This document shows, piece by piece, positions 51,158 through 60,038 of a DNA stretch of 64,000 bases. Each line of letters opens with the position of its first letter. Position 1 is the first letter of the stretch. Under the pieces are notes generated by a model. The model worked only from the letters and a program-made list of their open reading frames with translations. It was not told the origin of the DNA and ran no database searches. A program made the position numbers and the translations under genes. This DNA comes from a virus, in IMG/VR virus record IMGVR_UViG_3300011113_000396, positions 32,001-96,000 of that record. The stretch is one strand, 5' to 3'.

Positions 51158-51181
51158 TTTGTGATCAACTGCCAGTATAAT
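51154..51181 (+). promoter_or_regulatory. Sigma70-like promoter TTGATT-16-TATAAT
   Basis: -10 ends 6 nt before ATG 51188. Confidence 0.62.
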
Positions 51182-51187
51182 TCACAC

Positions 51188-53737
51188 ATGAACTTTTACA
51201 CATGTGTTGAGATTCGTGGCAACAAGATTCTTTATAGAGGGGTGGAAGATGGGAGTCGGGTCTGTAGGGAAATTCCTTACAGGCCCACTCTTTATTCTTA
51301 TACCCACAAACCATCCGATTGGAAGACTCTTGATGGTAGGGCTGTAGAGCCAATCAAGCCCGGTACAATCACAGAGACTAGAGACTTTCTAGATCAGTAC
51401 GCCAATATTTCTGGTTTCTCTATCTTTGGGCAAACTGACTTCATCTACCAGTTTATTGGTGAAGAATTTCCCAATGACATTGATTATAAGGTAGATCAAA
51501 TTGTTACTGCCTTTATTGATATTGAAACCAAGTGTGAGGCTGGGTTTCCGAACATTGAAACTGCCAATGAACAGGTGATTGCGATCACCGTGCGGATCAA
51601 GAACAAGTCTTATGTCTATGGCTTAGGTACTTTCCACATTGACAATCCGAATGTTAGCTGTCATCAGTATGACAACGAAAATCAAATGCTTAAGGACTTT
51701 ATTGAGTTCTGGGAGCAGCAAAAGCCTGACATTGTAACTGGATGGAACGTCAGATTCTTCGATATTCCATATCTTTATAATCGAATTTCTTACCTGTTTG
51801 GAGAAGATACGGCCAATCGCCTATCTCCTTGGAAGAAAGTAATTAAGAAGAAGATCGACACCAAGTCATCTCGCGGAGAGCAAACCGCCTGTGATATTAT
51901 TGGCGTATCTACTCTAGACTACTACGAGTTGTATAAGAAGTTTACTTACACCAATCAGGAATCTTACCGATTGGATTATATTGCTTCTGTTGAACTCGGT
52001 GAAAAGAAACTGTCTTATGATGAATATGACAGCCTGAGAGAATTCTACAAGCAGGACTTCAATAAGTTCATTCACTATAACTTCCATGACGTAGAACTGG
52101 TCTTCAAATTGGATCAGAAGATGAAGTTGATTGAACTTGTTCTTGCTGTTGCATATTCAGCAAAGGTGAATCACGAAGATGTTTATAGCCAAGTTAGGAC
52201 TTGGGACACCATCATTTACCACGAACTCAGTAAGAAGAATATTGTTATTCCTCCAAAGAAGGAAGCAATTAAAGAGGCACAATATGCTGGGGCGTATGTA
52301 AAGGATCCAATTGTAGGGATGCATGAATGGGTAGTTTCATTTGACTTGAACAGTCTGTACCCACACTTGATCATGCAATATAACATCTCTCCAGAGACAA
52401 AGGCGGACTGTGGATCTTTGTTTGGCCGTGGTGTTGTAACCCCAGATATGATTTTGGATGATACCAACGATGCCAAGAAATTCACAGGACTTGCGAAGAA
52501 AGAAAACGTAAGTCTCGCCGCCAATGGTGTAGCATTTACCAAGAAGTTTCAGGGCTTTCTACCGAAGCTTATGGAGCAGATGTACGAAGAGCGAAGCCTG
52601 TACAAGAAGAAGATGATTGAGGCTCAGAAGACTCTTGAAAAGCTAGATCCTGATGCTCCGCAGAGCGTTAAGGAAGAGCTTGAATTCTTGATTGCCAAGT
52701 ACAATAATTTCCAGATGGCGCGTAAGATTCAGTTGAACTCTGCTTACGGTGCGATTGGAAACGAATACTTTCGGTACTATGACGAAGCCAACGCGGAAGC
52801 AATTACTATTTCAGGACAGCTTTCCATTCGCTGGATTCAGGGTAAGATCAATGTCTTGCTAAATGGAATGCTTAAGACTGATGACGATTATGTGATCGCA
52901 AGCGATACTGATTCAGTATATGTGAACATGGGTCCTATTGTTGACAAGTTCTGCGAAGGAAAGACCAAGGAACAGACAGTAGATTTCTTGGACAAGTCTT
53001 GCAAGGAACTGGTCGAGCCTTTCATCAAGAAGTGCTACGAAGAACTCGCCAACAAGATGAATGCTTATGGAAATAAAATGAGCATGAAGCGAGAATCTAT
53101 CGCGTCGAAGGGTATTTGGACAGCCAAGAAGCGATATGTGCTCCTAGTACACGATTCAGAAGGTGTTAGATACGCAAAGCCCAAGATTAAGATCATGGGC
53201 ATTGAAACTACTCGTTCATCCACACCACAAGTAGTCCGCGATGAACTGAAGAAGTGTATTGAAATCATTATGTTGCTCGACAACAATACTCTGCTCAATT
53301 ATATCGATGAATTTAGGAAGCGATTCAAGAAGCTTCCGGCTGAGGATGTTGCATTCCCCAGATCAGTCAATGGTATGAAAGACTATACTGATTCCCTGAA
53401 TATCTACAAGAAGGGAACCCCCATTGCCGTTAAGGGAGCACTGATTTACAACCATTATATCAAGAAGAACAAACTGGAGAAAAAGTATCAGTTGATTCGT
53501 GATGCTGACAAGATTAAGTTTGTATATCTAAAGACTCCGAATCCGATTGCTGGTTGCTTTGGCAAGGATCAGGTTATCTCCTTCTATTCGTCTTTGCCGA
53601 AAGAACTTGATTTATCGTCTTATATCGACTATGATACTCAGTTTGAGAAAGCGTTCTTGGATCCACTCAAGAGCATAATCGAAGCTATCGGGTGGAAGAC
53701 AGAAAACAGAAATACTCTGGAGTCATTATTTGCATAA
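51188..53737 (+). CDS. gp43: Family B DNA polymerase (T4 gp43-like)
   Basis: Exonuclease DIET and GWN..FDIPY; SFDLNSLYP, KIQLNSAYG, SDTDS and KKRY; start set at ATG 51188. Confidence 0.98.
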   Translation: MNFYTCVEIRGNKILYRGVEDGSRVCREIPYRPTLYSYTHKPSDWKTLDGRAVEPIKPGTITETRDFLDQYANISGFSIFGQTDFIYQFIGEEFPNDIDYKVDQIVTAFIDIETKCEAGFPNIETANEQVIAITVRIKNKSYVYGLGTFHIDNPNVSCHQYDNENQMLKDFIEFWEQQKPDIVTGWNVRFFDIPYLYNRISYLFGEDTANRLSPWKKVIKKKIDTKSSRGEQTACDIIGVSTLDYYELYKKFTYTNQESYRLDYIASVELGEKKLSYDEYDSLREFYKQDFNKFIHYNFHDVELVFKLDQKMKLIELVLAVAYSAKVNHEDVYSQVRTWDTIIYHELSKKNIVIPPKKEAIKEAQYAGAYVKDPIVGMHEWVVSFDLNSLYPHLIMQYNISPETKADCGSLFGRGVVTPDMILDDTNDAKKFTGLAKKENVSLAANGVAFTKKFQGFLPKLMEQMYEERSLYKKKMIEAQKTLEKLDPDAPQSVKEELEFLIAKYNNFQMARKIQLNSAYGAIGNEYFRYYDEANAEAITISGQLSIRWIQGKINVLLNGMLKTDDDYVIASDTDSVYVNMGPIVDKFCEGKTKEQTVDFLDKSCKELVEPFIKKCYEELANKMNAYGNKMSMKRESIASKGIWTAKKRYVLLVHDSEGVRYAKPKIKIMGIETTRSSTPQVVRDELKKCIEIIMLLDNNTLLNYIDEFRKRFKKLPAEDVAFPRSVNGMKDYTDSLNIYKKGTPIAVKGALIYNHYIKKNKLEKKYQLIRDADKIKFVYLKTPNPIAGCFGKDQVISFYSSLPKELDLSSYIDYDTQFEKAFLDPLKSIIEAIGWKTENRNTLESLFA

Positions 53738-54347
53738 TCTAAACATTAGTCAATTTTATTGCTTTCTTCGTAAGGAACATATGTACCAGCACCAAGACCA
53801 TATTGGTGAATTTGATAAGGTAATGGTATTTGGAATTCAATCTTGCTCAGGAAGCGCGATGACTTTCCATGTCATGACTGACTATGGATTGGTTAGAAGT
53901 AGAGTCCCAATCCACATGTTGTGCTGGAAACAAGATGCACCTCCTATGCCTCTGGATTATCTACAGCTGTGGGATTGCTTTCATGAAAATGTTTCTGTTG
54001 TAGAATATGATGCTTTATTTGATACAAGAGCAAAGGTTATTCTGAAAGATAAGTCAGAGCATTGGGGGGAATACGTTATGACATTTGATTGGTATCGAAA
54101 TTCTTATTCCGATGAACCATCTCAGTATAAATGTCTTCATATGATTGCTTTGGACAATGGCAACTACACTCTACAACCAAATAATAGAATCTATTGGAAG
54201 AATATGTCATTTGTAACTAAACCTTTTCCTACAAACCCGGATTTCAAGGTTGACAACAAGAGTTGGAGATGCGAGGGAGAAAGTGATCGCTGGATCATTG
54301 ACGGACACGACGATAATTACTATTATGATATCAAGGAGAATAAATAA
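53730..54347 (+). CDS. Hypothetical protein
   Basis: Fills the gp43-uvsX gap with coupled ends; LQLWDCF and QPNNR motifs; start codon uncertain (TTG). Confidence 0.6.
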   Translation: MHNLNISQFYCFLRKEHMYQHQDHIGEFDKVMVFGIQSCSGSAMTFHVMTDYGLVRSRVPIHMLCWKQDAPPMPLDYLQLWDCFHENVSVVEYDALFDTRAKVILKDKSEHWGEYVMTFDWYRNSYSDEPSQYKCLHMIALDNGNYTLQPNNRIYWKNMSFVTKPFPTNPDFKVDNKSWRCEGESDRWIIDGHDDNYYYDIKENK

Positions 54348-55252
54348 TGGATTTTTTAAAGGAAATGATTAATGCGTCTGGTAACAAATTTGCTAGCAAA
54401 GTCGAAGACGGTCTTGACGGATCTGATGTTGGTGGGTATGTTGATACTGGGTCTTATGCTTTTAATGCTCTTCTTTCTGGCAGTCTTTTTGACGGTTTAC
54501 CTAATAACAAGATTACCTGTTTGGCTGGTGAGTCTGCTACTGGCAAGACTTACTTCAGCCTTGGTATCGTTGCACAGTTTCTTGCAGCCAACCCCGAAGG
54601 CGTAGTACTATACTTTGATACCGAACAGGCAGTAACTAGCGACATGTTTACAGAGCGCGGTGTGGATCCTACTCGCGTTGCTGTTTTCCCAGTAGAAACA
54701 GTTGAAGAGTTCCGCCACCAGTGCCTGACAATCGTTGACAAGGTTCTTGCGACAGACGAATCTGAGCGCAAGCCGATGATGATTGTCCTTGACTCACTGG
54801 GCATGTTGAGCACTGCCAAGGAAATGAATGATGTCGCTGAAGGTAAGAATACCCGCGACATGACACGCGCACAAGTCATCAAGGGAACCTTCCGTGTTCT
54901 TACGCTGAAGCTTGGCAAGGCCAAGATTCCCATGGTTATGACAAACCATACTTATGATGTCGTTGGTTGCCTATCAGACGATGTCAATGTCCTAATGGAA
55001 GATGGAACGGTGAAGAATATCTCTGATGTTGTGGTTGGAGACAGAGTGGAAACAATGGGCGGATCATCCTCAGTTACCAAACTATTTTCGTATGATGTGA
55101 ATGAAGTTATTGAAGTTGAACTAAGTGATGGTACAACTTTCTTTGCTACCCCAAATCACAAGTTTATGACAAGAGATGGTTCTTGGAAACCTATCTCAGA
55201 CATCGGGGAGGGTGAGGATATTCTTGCTGTCGAGGAGTTTGCGAAGTCGTGA
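54347..55252 (+). CDS. uvsX: UvsX/RecA N-terminal fragment (207 aa) + split intein N-half (94 aa)
   Basis: [26 protein letters not shown] and NHTY, then CLSDD... intein block A and TPNHKF block B, then stop. Confidence 0.93.
   Translation: MDFLKEMINASGNKFASKVEDGLDGSDVGGYVDTGSYAFNALLSGSLFDGLPNNKITCLAGESATGKTYFSLGIVAQFLAANPEGVVLYFDTEQAVTSDMFTERGVDPTRVAVFPVETVEEFRHQCLTIVDKVLATDESERKPMMIVLDSLGMLSTAKEMNDVAEGKNTRDMTRAQVIKGTFRVLTLKLGKAKIPMVMTNHTYDVVGCLSDDVNVLMEDGTVKNISDVVVGDRVETMGGSSSVTKLFSYDVNEVIEVELSDGTTFFATPNHKFMTRDGSWKPISDIGEGEDILAVEEFAKS
54968..55252 (+). mobile_element. Split intein N-fragment (UvsX)
   Basis: Cys1 ([21 protein letters not shown]) and TxxH block B; acidic. Confidence 0.9.
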
Positions 55253-55834
55253 ATAAGGAATACCAATACTCTTCGCTGCCCATCGAATGCTTGGATATGA
55301 AACTCCATTCACGACAACTTCCTTTGATCTTGGATCACATAGGGACTTCTTTAGTTTGTATGAATCTGATGTTACCGATTCCTTCCATTTTGTGGAGTTT
55401 CGTCTACCTTCAGATAATGCCTCTCCATCGTAGTTTTTTCGCAAAATGTCGGGGTCTATTGTCTTATATGTTCTACGACCTTCTGCATATGCTTGCTTCA
55501 AAGAAATGGATCTTTTGGTACGGGATTGTTCTGAATGGATTTTTCCCTTCAGAGAATCTGAAATGTTTTTCTTCCAATCAACCGAAGAGTCAGATTTTAT
55601 GAACTTTTGGAATCCATCTTTGGCTAGTTCTATTCGTGTCACTTCTGCTTCTTCGGTCTTTCCGGAAAGCATTTTCCAAGCCACAAAGTCTTCTTGTTTG
55701 CCGTGTTTCTCATATAGGAGTCTGTGTGCTTCTGCGTGTTCTTTAACAGAAAGAAGAACAAGATTTGATGGGTCATCAGTTCCACCCATGTGTCTTGGTA
55801 TTATATGATGTTTATGTTTTAAATTAATTTGCAT
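55196..55834 (-). mobile_element. HNH homing endonuclease inserted antisense between the uvsX halves
   Basis: HKHHIIPRHMGGTDDPSNL...EHAEAH; NUMOD3-like HSEQSR.K.S and NUMOD1-like GV.Y.SI..AA segments. Confidence 0.88.
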
Positions 55835-55867
55835 TACCCCATATGTATGGTTTAGGAGATTTAAACA

Positions 55868-56377
55868 ATGAGTATTCTACAAATAGTAAAAAAGACGGTA
55901 CACACTAATCGTCCAACCAAGGTTTATGATTTTACTGTCGAAAACGACCACCACTATATTCTTTCCAACGGAGTTATTTCCCACAACTCTTATGTTCCAA
56001 TGAAAGAACTAGGTGGTGGATCTGGTCTAAAATATGCGGCTTCTACTATCGTAACATTGTCCAAGAAGAAGGACAAGCAGGATGATGAAGTTGTAGGTAA
56101 TATCATTACTTGCAAGCTTTACAAGAGCCGACTAACCAAGGAAAACAAGATCGTTCAGGTTCAACTGAATTTCGATAGCGGTCTGAACCGTTACTACGGT
56201 CTTGTTGACCTTGCCTTGGATTACGGTATCTTCAAGAAGAACTCTACCAAGATTGAGCTTCCTGATGGTACAAAGGTGTTTGAGAAGCATATCAACGAAG
56301 AACCTGAGAAGTATTTCACTCAGGAGATTCTAAAGCAAATTGATGAGCGCGTTCAGGAGGATTTCAAGTATGGCTGA
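55868..56377 (+). CDS. uvsX: Split intein C-half (40 aa) + UvsX C-terminal fragment (129 aa)
   Basis: AGGAG RBS; [19 protein letters not shown] then S+1 [25 protein letters not shown] and GL.RYYGL. Confidence 0.93.
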   Translation: MSILQIVKKTVHTNRPTKVYDFTVENDHHYILSNGVISHNSYVPMKELGGGSGLKYAASTIVTLSKKKDKQDDEVVGNIITCKLYKSRLTKENKIVQVQLNFDSGLNRYYGLVDLALDYGIFKKNSTKIELPDGTKVFEKHINEEPEKYFTQEILKQIDERVQEDFKYG

Positions 56378-56642
56378 TGTATTATTCTGTGACGGACATG
56401 ACAATGCATTTATGGGTCTTATGTGGAGATTCGGACATACTGCTCCAATCGCTGCATATAGTAGACCAACAATAATAAAGAATCTAATGTCAGAAGGTAT
56501 GACCCACGATGATGCTGAAGAATTTTTTGAATTCAATATAATCGGTGCATGGGTTGGAGAGGGTACTCCATGTTTCATTGAAACTATAGGAATTGATGAG
56601 GCAAAAGAAGTTGTAAAGGACTACAGCGATGAAGAAGTATAA
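56370..56642 (+). CDS. Hypothetical protein
   Basis: DG.D.A..G and A.EFFEFNI.GAWVGE.TP motifs; start set at ATG 56370. Confidence 0.6.
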   Translation: MADVLFCDGHDNAFMGLMWRFGHTAPIAAYSRPTIIKNLMSEGMTHDDAEEFFEFNIIGAWVGEGTPCFIETIGIDEAKEVVKDYSDEEV

Positions 56643-56937
56643 CTTACGCCCCGACATGAATGCGGAGACCATGCCATTAGAAGTTGCTGATGGTAAATTT
56701 AAAGGTTACGTCTTCACTCTTGGTAAAATTCACATCAAGGAAGACAATGACCAGTTGCTTTTGGACTTCACTTATGATATTCTAGAGGGAGATATCACAG
56801 GCATTCCAAAGAAAGAATTTGATGTCATTGTAGGTGATATTGTTGTCCAATTACTTGAGGAAGAAGAAGCCCGTATAGGCAAGGAGCCAATTGATGTCGA
56901 TGGAGAAAATTATATTGAAGAATCTAGCGACGAATGA
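56629..56937 (+). CDS. Hypothetical acidic protein at the T4 gp40 position
   Basis: Lies between uvsX and gp41; the gp40 link is positional only. Confidence 0.5.
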   Translation: MKKYNLRPDMNAETMPLEVADGKFKGYVFTLGKIHIKEDNDQLLLDFTYDILEGDITGIPKKEFDVIVGDIVVQLLEEEEARIGKEPIDVDGENYIEESSDE

Positions 56938-58288
56938 GACTTACGCCAGAAAGGTTCATCCGTTCCTCAAGCAAGAATATTTTGGCAGCACTACTACAAA
57001 GACTGTCTTTGATCTAATCAATAACTTCATTTCGAAGTACAATAGCCTCCCCTCAAGGGAGGCTATGATTATTTCTCTTAACGAGATGGACATTGTTTCC
57101 GAGGATCAATACAAGGAAACACATGAATGTATCGAAGAAATTTTTTCTAATTCTGAGTCAAGTGAACTTACTTGGCTCGTAGAACAAACTGAAAACCATG
57201 TTAAGGACAAGGCTGTTTACAACGCAATCATGGATTCAATTCATATCATTGAAGGTAAGTCCAAGACATACACAAAGAACGCCATTCCTAGTATTCTTTC
57301 TAATGCATTGTCAGTATCCTTTGATAATCATATCGGCCACGATTATATTGATGATGCAGAGCGACGATTTGCCTTCTACCACCAAGTAGAAAAGCGGGTT
57401 CCATTTGATCTTGAGTTTTTCAATGCCATTACTGGTGGTGGTGTGCCATCCAAAACACTTAATATTGTCATGGCGGGTACAGGTGTAGGTAAATCACTAT
57501 TCCTTTGCCATCACGCAGCCAATTGCTTGATGCAGAATCTAAATGTACTTTACATTACATGCGAAATGGCTGAAGAGCGGATTGCAGAACGCATTGACGC
57601 AAATCTACTGGATATCACGATTGACGATCTCAAGACCCTGCCTAAGTCCATCTACGACAAGAAGATTGCAGATCTTCAATCTACGATCAAGTCCAAACTT
57701 ATTGTCAAGGAATATCCAACAGCATCAGCATCAGTCACTAACTTCAAACATCTACTGGATGAATTGAAGATTAAAAAGCGATTTGTGCCTGATGTTATTT
57801 TCATTGATTATTTGAATATCTGTGCATCTGCTCGGCTCAAGGCTGGTGCGAATGTGGGTAGCTATTACTACATTAAGGCTATTGCCGAAGAGATTCGTGG
57901 GTTGGCAGTGGAATACAATGTGCCAATCTTCTCTGCTACCCAAGTCAATCGTTCGGGATTTGCCAATAGTGATTTTGGTCTTGAGGACACATCTGAATCA
58001 TTCGGTCTACCAGCAACTGCGGATTTCTTTGTTGCACTTATCGCCACGGAAGAACTCGATGAACTTGACCAAATTATGGTCAAGCAGTTGAAGAATCGCT
58101 ATAATAGCGCAACGGTAAACAAGAAGTTCGTCCTTGGCATCAATCGGGCAAAGATGAAGCTCTTTGATGTCAAGCGCGAAGAACAGCAGAATATTTCTGA
58201 GTCAAATCAGAACAATCCTCATGGGTATGGGGATGGATTTGACGGTAAGAAGTTTAGCCGTGACTTTAGCGACTGGACGATTGAATGA
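56894..58288 (+). CDS. gp41: Replicative helicase (T4 gp41/DnaB-like)
   Basis: AGTGVGKS, EMAEERIAERID, IDYLNI, ATQ.NR, SESFGLP.TAD and KQLKNRY motifs. Confidence 0.96.
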   Translation: MSMEKIILKNLATNETYARKVHPFLKQEYFGSTTTKTVFDLINNFISKYNSLPSREAMIISLNEMDIVSEDQYKETHECIEEIFSNSESSELTWLVEQTENHVKDKAVYNAIMDSIHIIEGKSKTYTKNAIPSILSNALSVSFDNHIGHDYIDDAERRFAFYHQVEKRVPFDLEFFNAITGGGVPSKTLNIVMAGTGVGKSLFLCHHAANCLMQNLNVLYITCEMAEERIAERIDANLLDITIDDLKTLPKSIYDKKIADLQSTIKSKLIVKEYPTASASVTNFKHLLDELKIKKRFVPDVIFIDYLNICASARLKAGANVGSYYYIKAIAEEIRGLAVEYNVPIFSATQVNRSGFANSDFGLEDTSESFGLPATADFFVALIATEELDELDQIMVKQLKNRYNSATVNKKFVLGINRAKMKLFDVKREEQQNISESNQNNPHGYGDGFDGKKFSRDFSDWTIE

Positions 58289-59292
58289 GCGCATACATTG
58301 ACAAGATGTTCATTAACATGGTTTCCGACAACCTGAAAAGGTTTAAATGGAAGAAAGACAATCTTGCTAATTGTCGCTGTCCATTCTGCGGAGATTCCAA
58401 GAAGCGTAAGAACATTGCCCGGGGGTATTTCTACCAAAAGGGCAATGATTTCTTTTTCCGTTGCCATAACTGTGGATACGGCACTAATCTTTACAATTTC
58501 TTGGACAACATGAACCCAAATCTTGCCAAAGAATACGCTTTGCGTAGATTTACCTGTGGAGAAAATGGAAGATCCAATTACAAGAAACCAAAGAATGAAG
58601 AACTTTTTACCCCAAGCAAGAAAGTTGCTATATTCGAAAAGCCGATCAATAGCGTCAATGTTTGTGACCTTAGTCCTGATGATAAAGTCGTTCAGTATCT
58701 TGAAAGTCGTAAGATTCCCGATGAATCGCTGTGCTATTTTTATTACACCGAGGACTTCTCACAACTCGCCAAATACTTTGATCCCGAGCACAATCTCAAA
58801 CCAGAGCCGAGACTCGTCATTCCATTCTATAATGACTCAAAGGAACTCATTGGAGTCCAAGGTCGTGCGTTGGAAGCAGATTCCAAAATCCGCTATATTA
58901 CTCTCAAGAAGGATTCGGTGGAGAAATTATGGTATGGACTTTGGAGAGTGAATCCAGAGGAACCAATCTATATCACAGAAGGACCGATTGACAGCATCTT
59001 CCTACCTAACTCTCTTGCAATGGTTGGTGCTGCTGGGGACATGAAGCTTCCTGAGAAGATTGCAAAGAGTGAGGTAATCTATGTCTTTGATAACGAGAAG
59101 CGCAACAAACAGATATGTGCGTTTATGGAAACTGTCATTGAGAAAGGCCATAAGATTCTTATTTGGCCAGATGTTAAGGTCAAGGATATTAACGACTATG
59201 TTCTTGCGTTTGGTGATCCGATGGCTATGATACGCTCCAATACGCATTCAGGTCTTGAAGCAAAATTGAGGTTTATGAAATGGAAAAAGTAA
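58285..59292 (+). CDS. gp61: DNA primase (T4 gp61-like)
   Basis: RCPFCGDS..CHNC zinc finger, QGR, EGPIDS, DNE.RN and KDIND motifs. Confidence 0.95.
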   Translation: MSAYIDKMFINMVSDNLKRFKWKKDNLANCRCPFCGDSKKRKNIARGYFYQKGNDFFFRCHNCGYGTNLYNFLDNMNPNLAKEYALRRFTCGENGRSNYKKPKNEELFTPSKKVAIFEKPINSVNVCDLSPDDKVVQYLESRKIPDESLCYFYYTEDFSQLAKYFDPEHNLKPEPRLVIPFYNDSKELIGVQGRALEADSKIRYITLKKDSVEKLWYGLWRVNPEEPIYITEGPIDSIFLPNSLAMVGAAGDMKLPEKIAKSEVIYVFDNEKRNKQICAFMETVIEKGHKILIWPDVKVKDINDYVLAFGDPMAMIRSNTHSGLEAKLRFMKWKK

Positions 59293-59984
59293 ATGTACTT
59301 GATAAGGGTTTCGTTCGACTCATTGAAGTGATGGGTTCTGATTTGACTGTTGTAAATGCGGCCAGAGTCTCGTTCCACAAGGAATCATCTTGGGACGGAG
59401 AACAGCACTGGACCGGATCAATTACTGGTAAGACCCTACCAGACAAGGACAAGAAGCTTATTTCGTATCTGGCCAAGCACAAGCATTGGACCCCCTTTGC
59501 CCATCCCCAGATCATGCTCCATATCAAGGCCCCTATTTCGATTCGTACTCAGCTTTTTAAGCACAAGGTCGGATTCGTTGAAAATGAAATTTCTCGTCGG
59601 TATGTAACCGAAGAACCCGAAATTTACACTCCAAAATGGCGCACAAAGCCCACAAATGGGGCCAAACAGGGGTCAGAAGACTTTCTTACCAATGAAGACA
59701 CACTAGCGGCTGCTGAGGCCATGTATTTTGAGGTGGCTAGCGATGCCCTAAAGACCTACCAATGGCTCATTGGGGCGGGAATTGCCCCAGAACAGGCTCG
59801 GTTTGCCCTACCACAGGGTACATACACCGAATGGTACTGGACGGGTTCTCTGGCCGCTTATGCCCGTGTTTTTAAGCAAAGAATTGACCCCCACGCTCAA
59901 TGGGAGGTTCGGGAATACGCAAATGCCATGGGTAGTCTAATTCAACCTAATTTCCCAGTCTGTTGGGCAGAACTTACCAAGTAA
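59280..59984 (+). CDS. thyX: Flavin-dependent thymidylate synthase ThyX
   Basis: VNAARVSF, H.TPF, R.QL.KH....NEISRRY, EQAR..LP and HAQWE.R motifs. Confidence 0.93.
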   Translation: MEKVNVLDKGFVRLIEVMGSDLTVVNAARVSFHKESSWDGEQHWTGSITGKTLPDKDKKLISYLAKHKHWTPFAHPQIMLHIKAPISIRTQLFKHKVGFVENEISRRYVTEEPEIYTPKWRTKPTNGAKQGSEDFLTNEDTLAAAEAMYFEVASDALKTYQWLIGAGIAPEQARFALPQGTYTEWYWTGSLAAYARVFKQRIDPHAQWEVREYANAMGSLIQPNFPVCWAELTK

Positions 59985-60038
59985 ATATTGACTAAATACC
60001 CAACACGGCTAGAATGCCACAACAATAAGGAAAATTTA

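Noticed and set aside
55253-55867. Group I intron as the explanation for the uvsX (and nrdJ) interruption
   Set aside because: The flanks encode intein halves, the downstream half has its own RBS and ATG, and the endonuclease ORF fills the gap, leaving no room for a ribozyme core
54347-56377. uvsX or nrdJ as pseudogenes
   Set aside because: All extein motifs and intein catalytic residues (C1, block B His, terminal HN, S/T+1) are intact
6721-58288. Inteins in terminase, gp43, gp41 or UvsW
   Set aside because: These proteins have ordinary lengths and continuous motifs, with no C...HN-[CST] insertions seen
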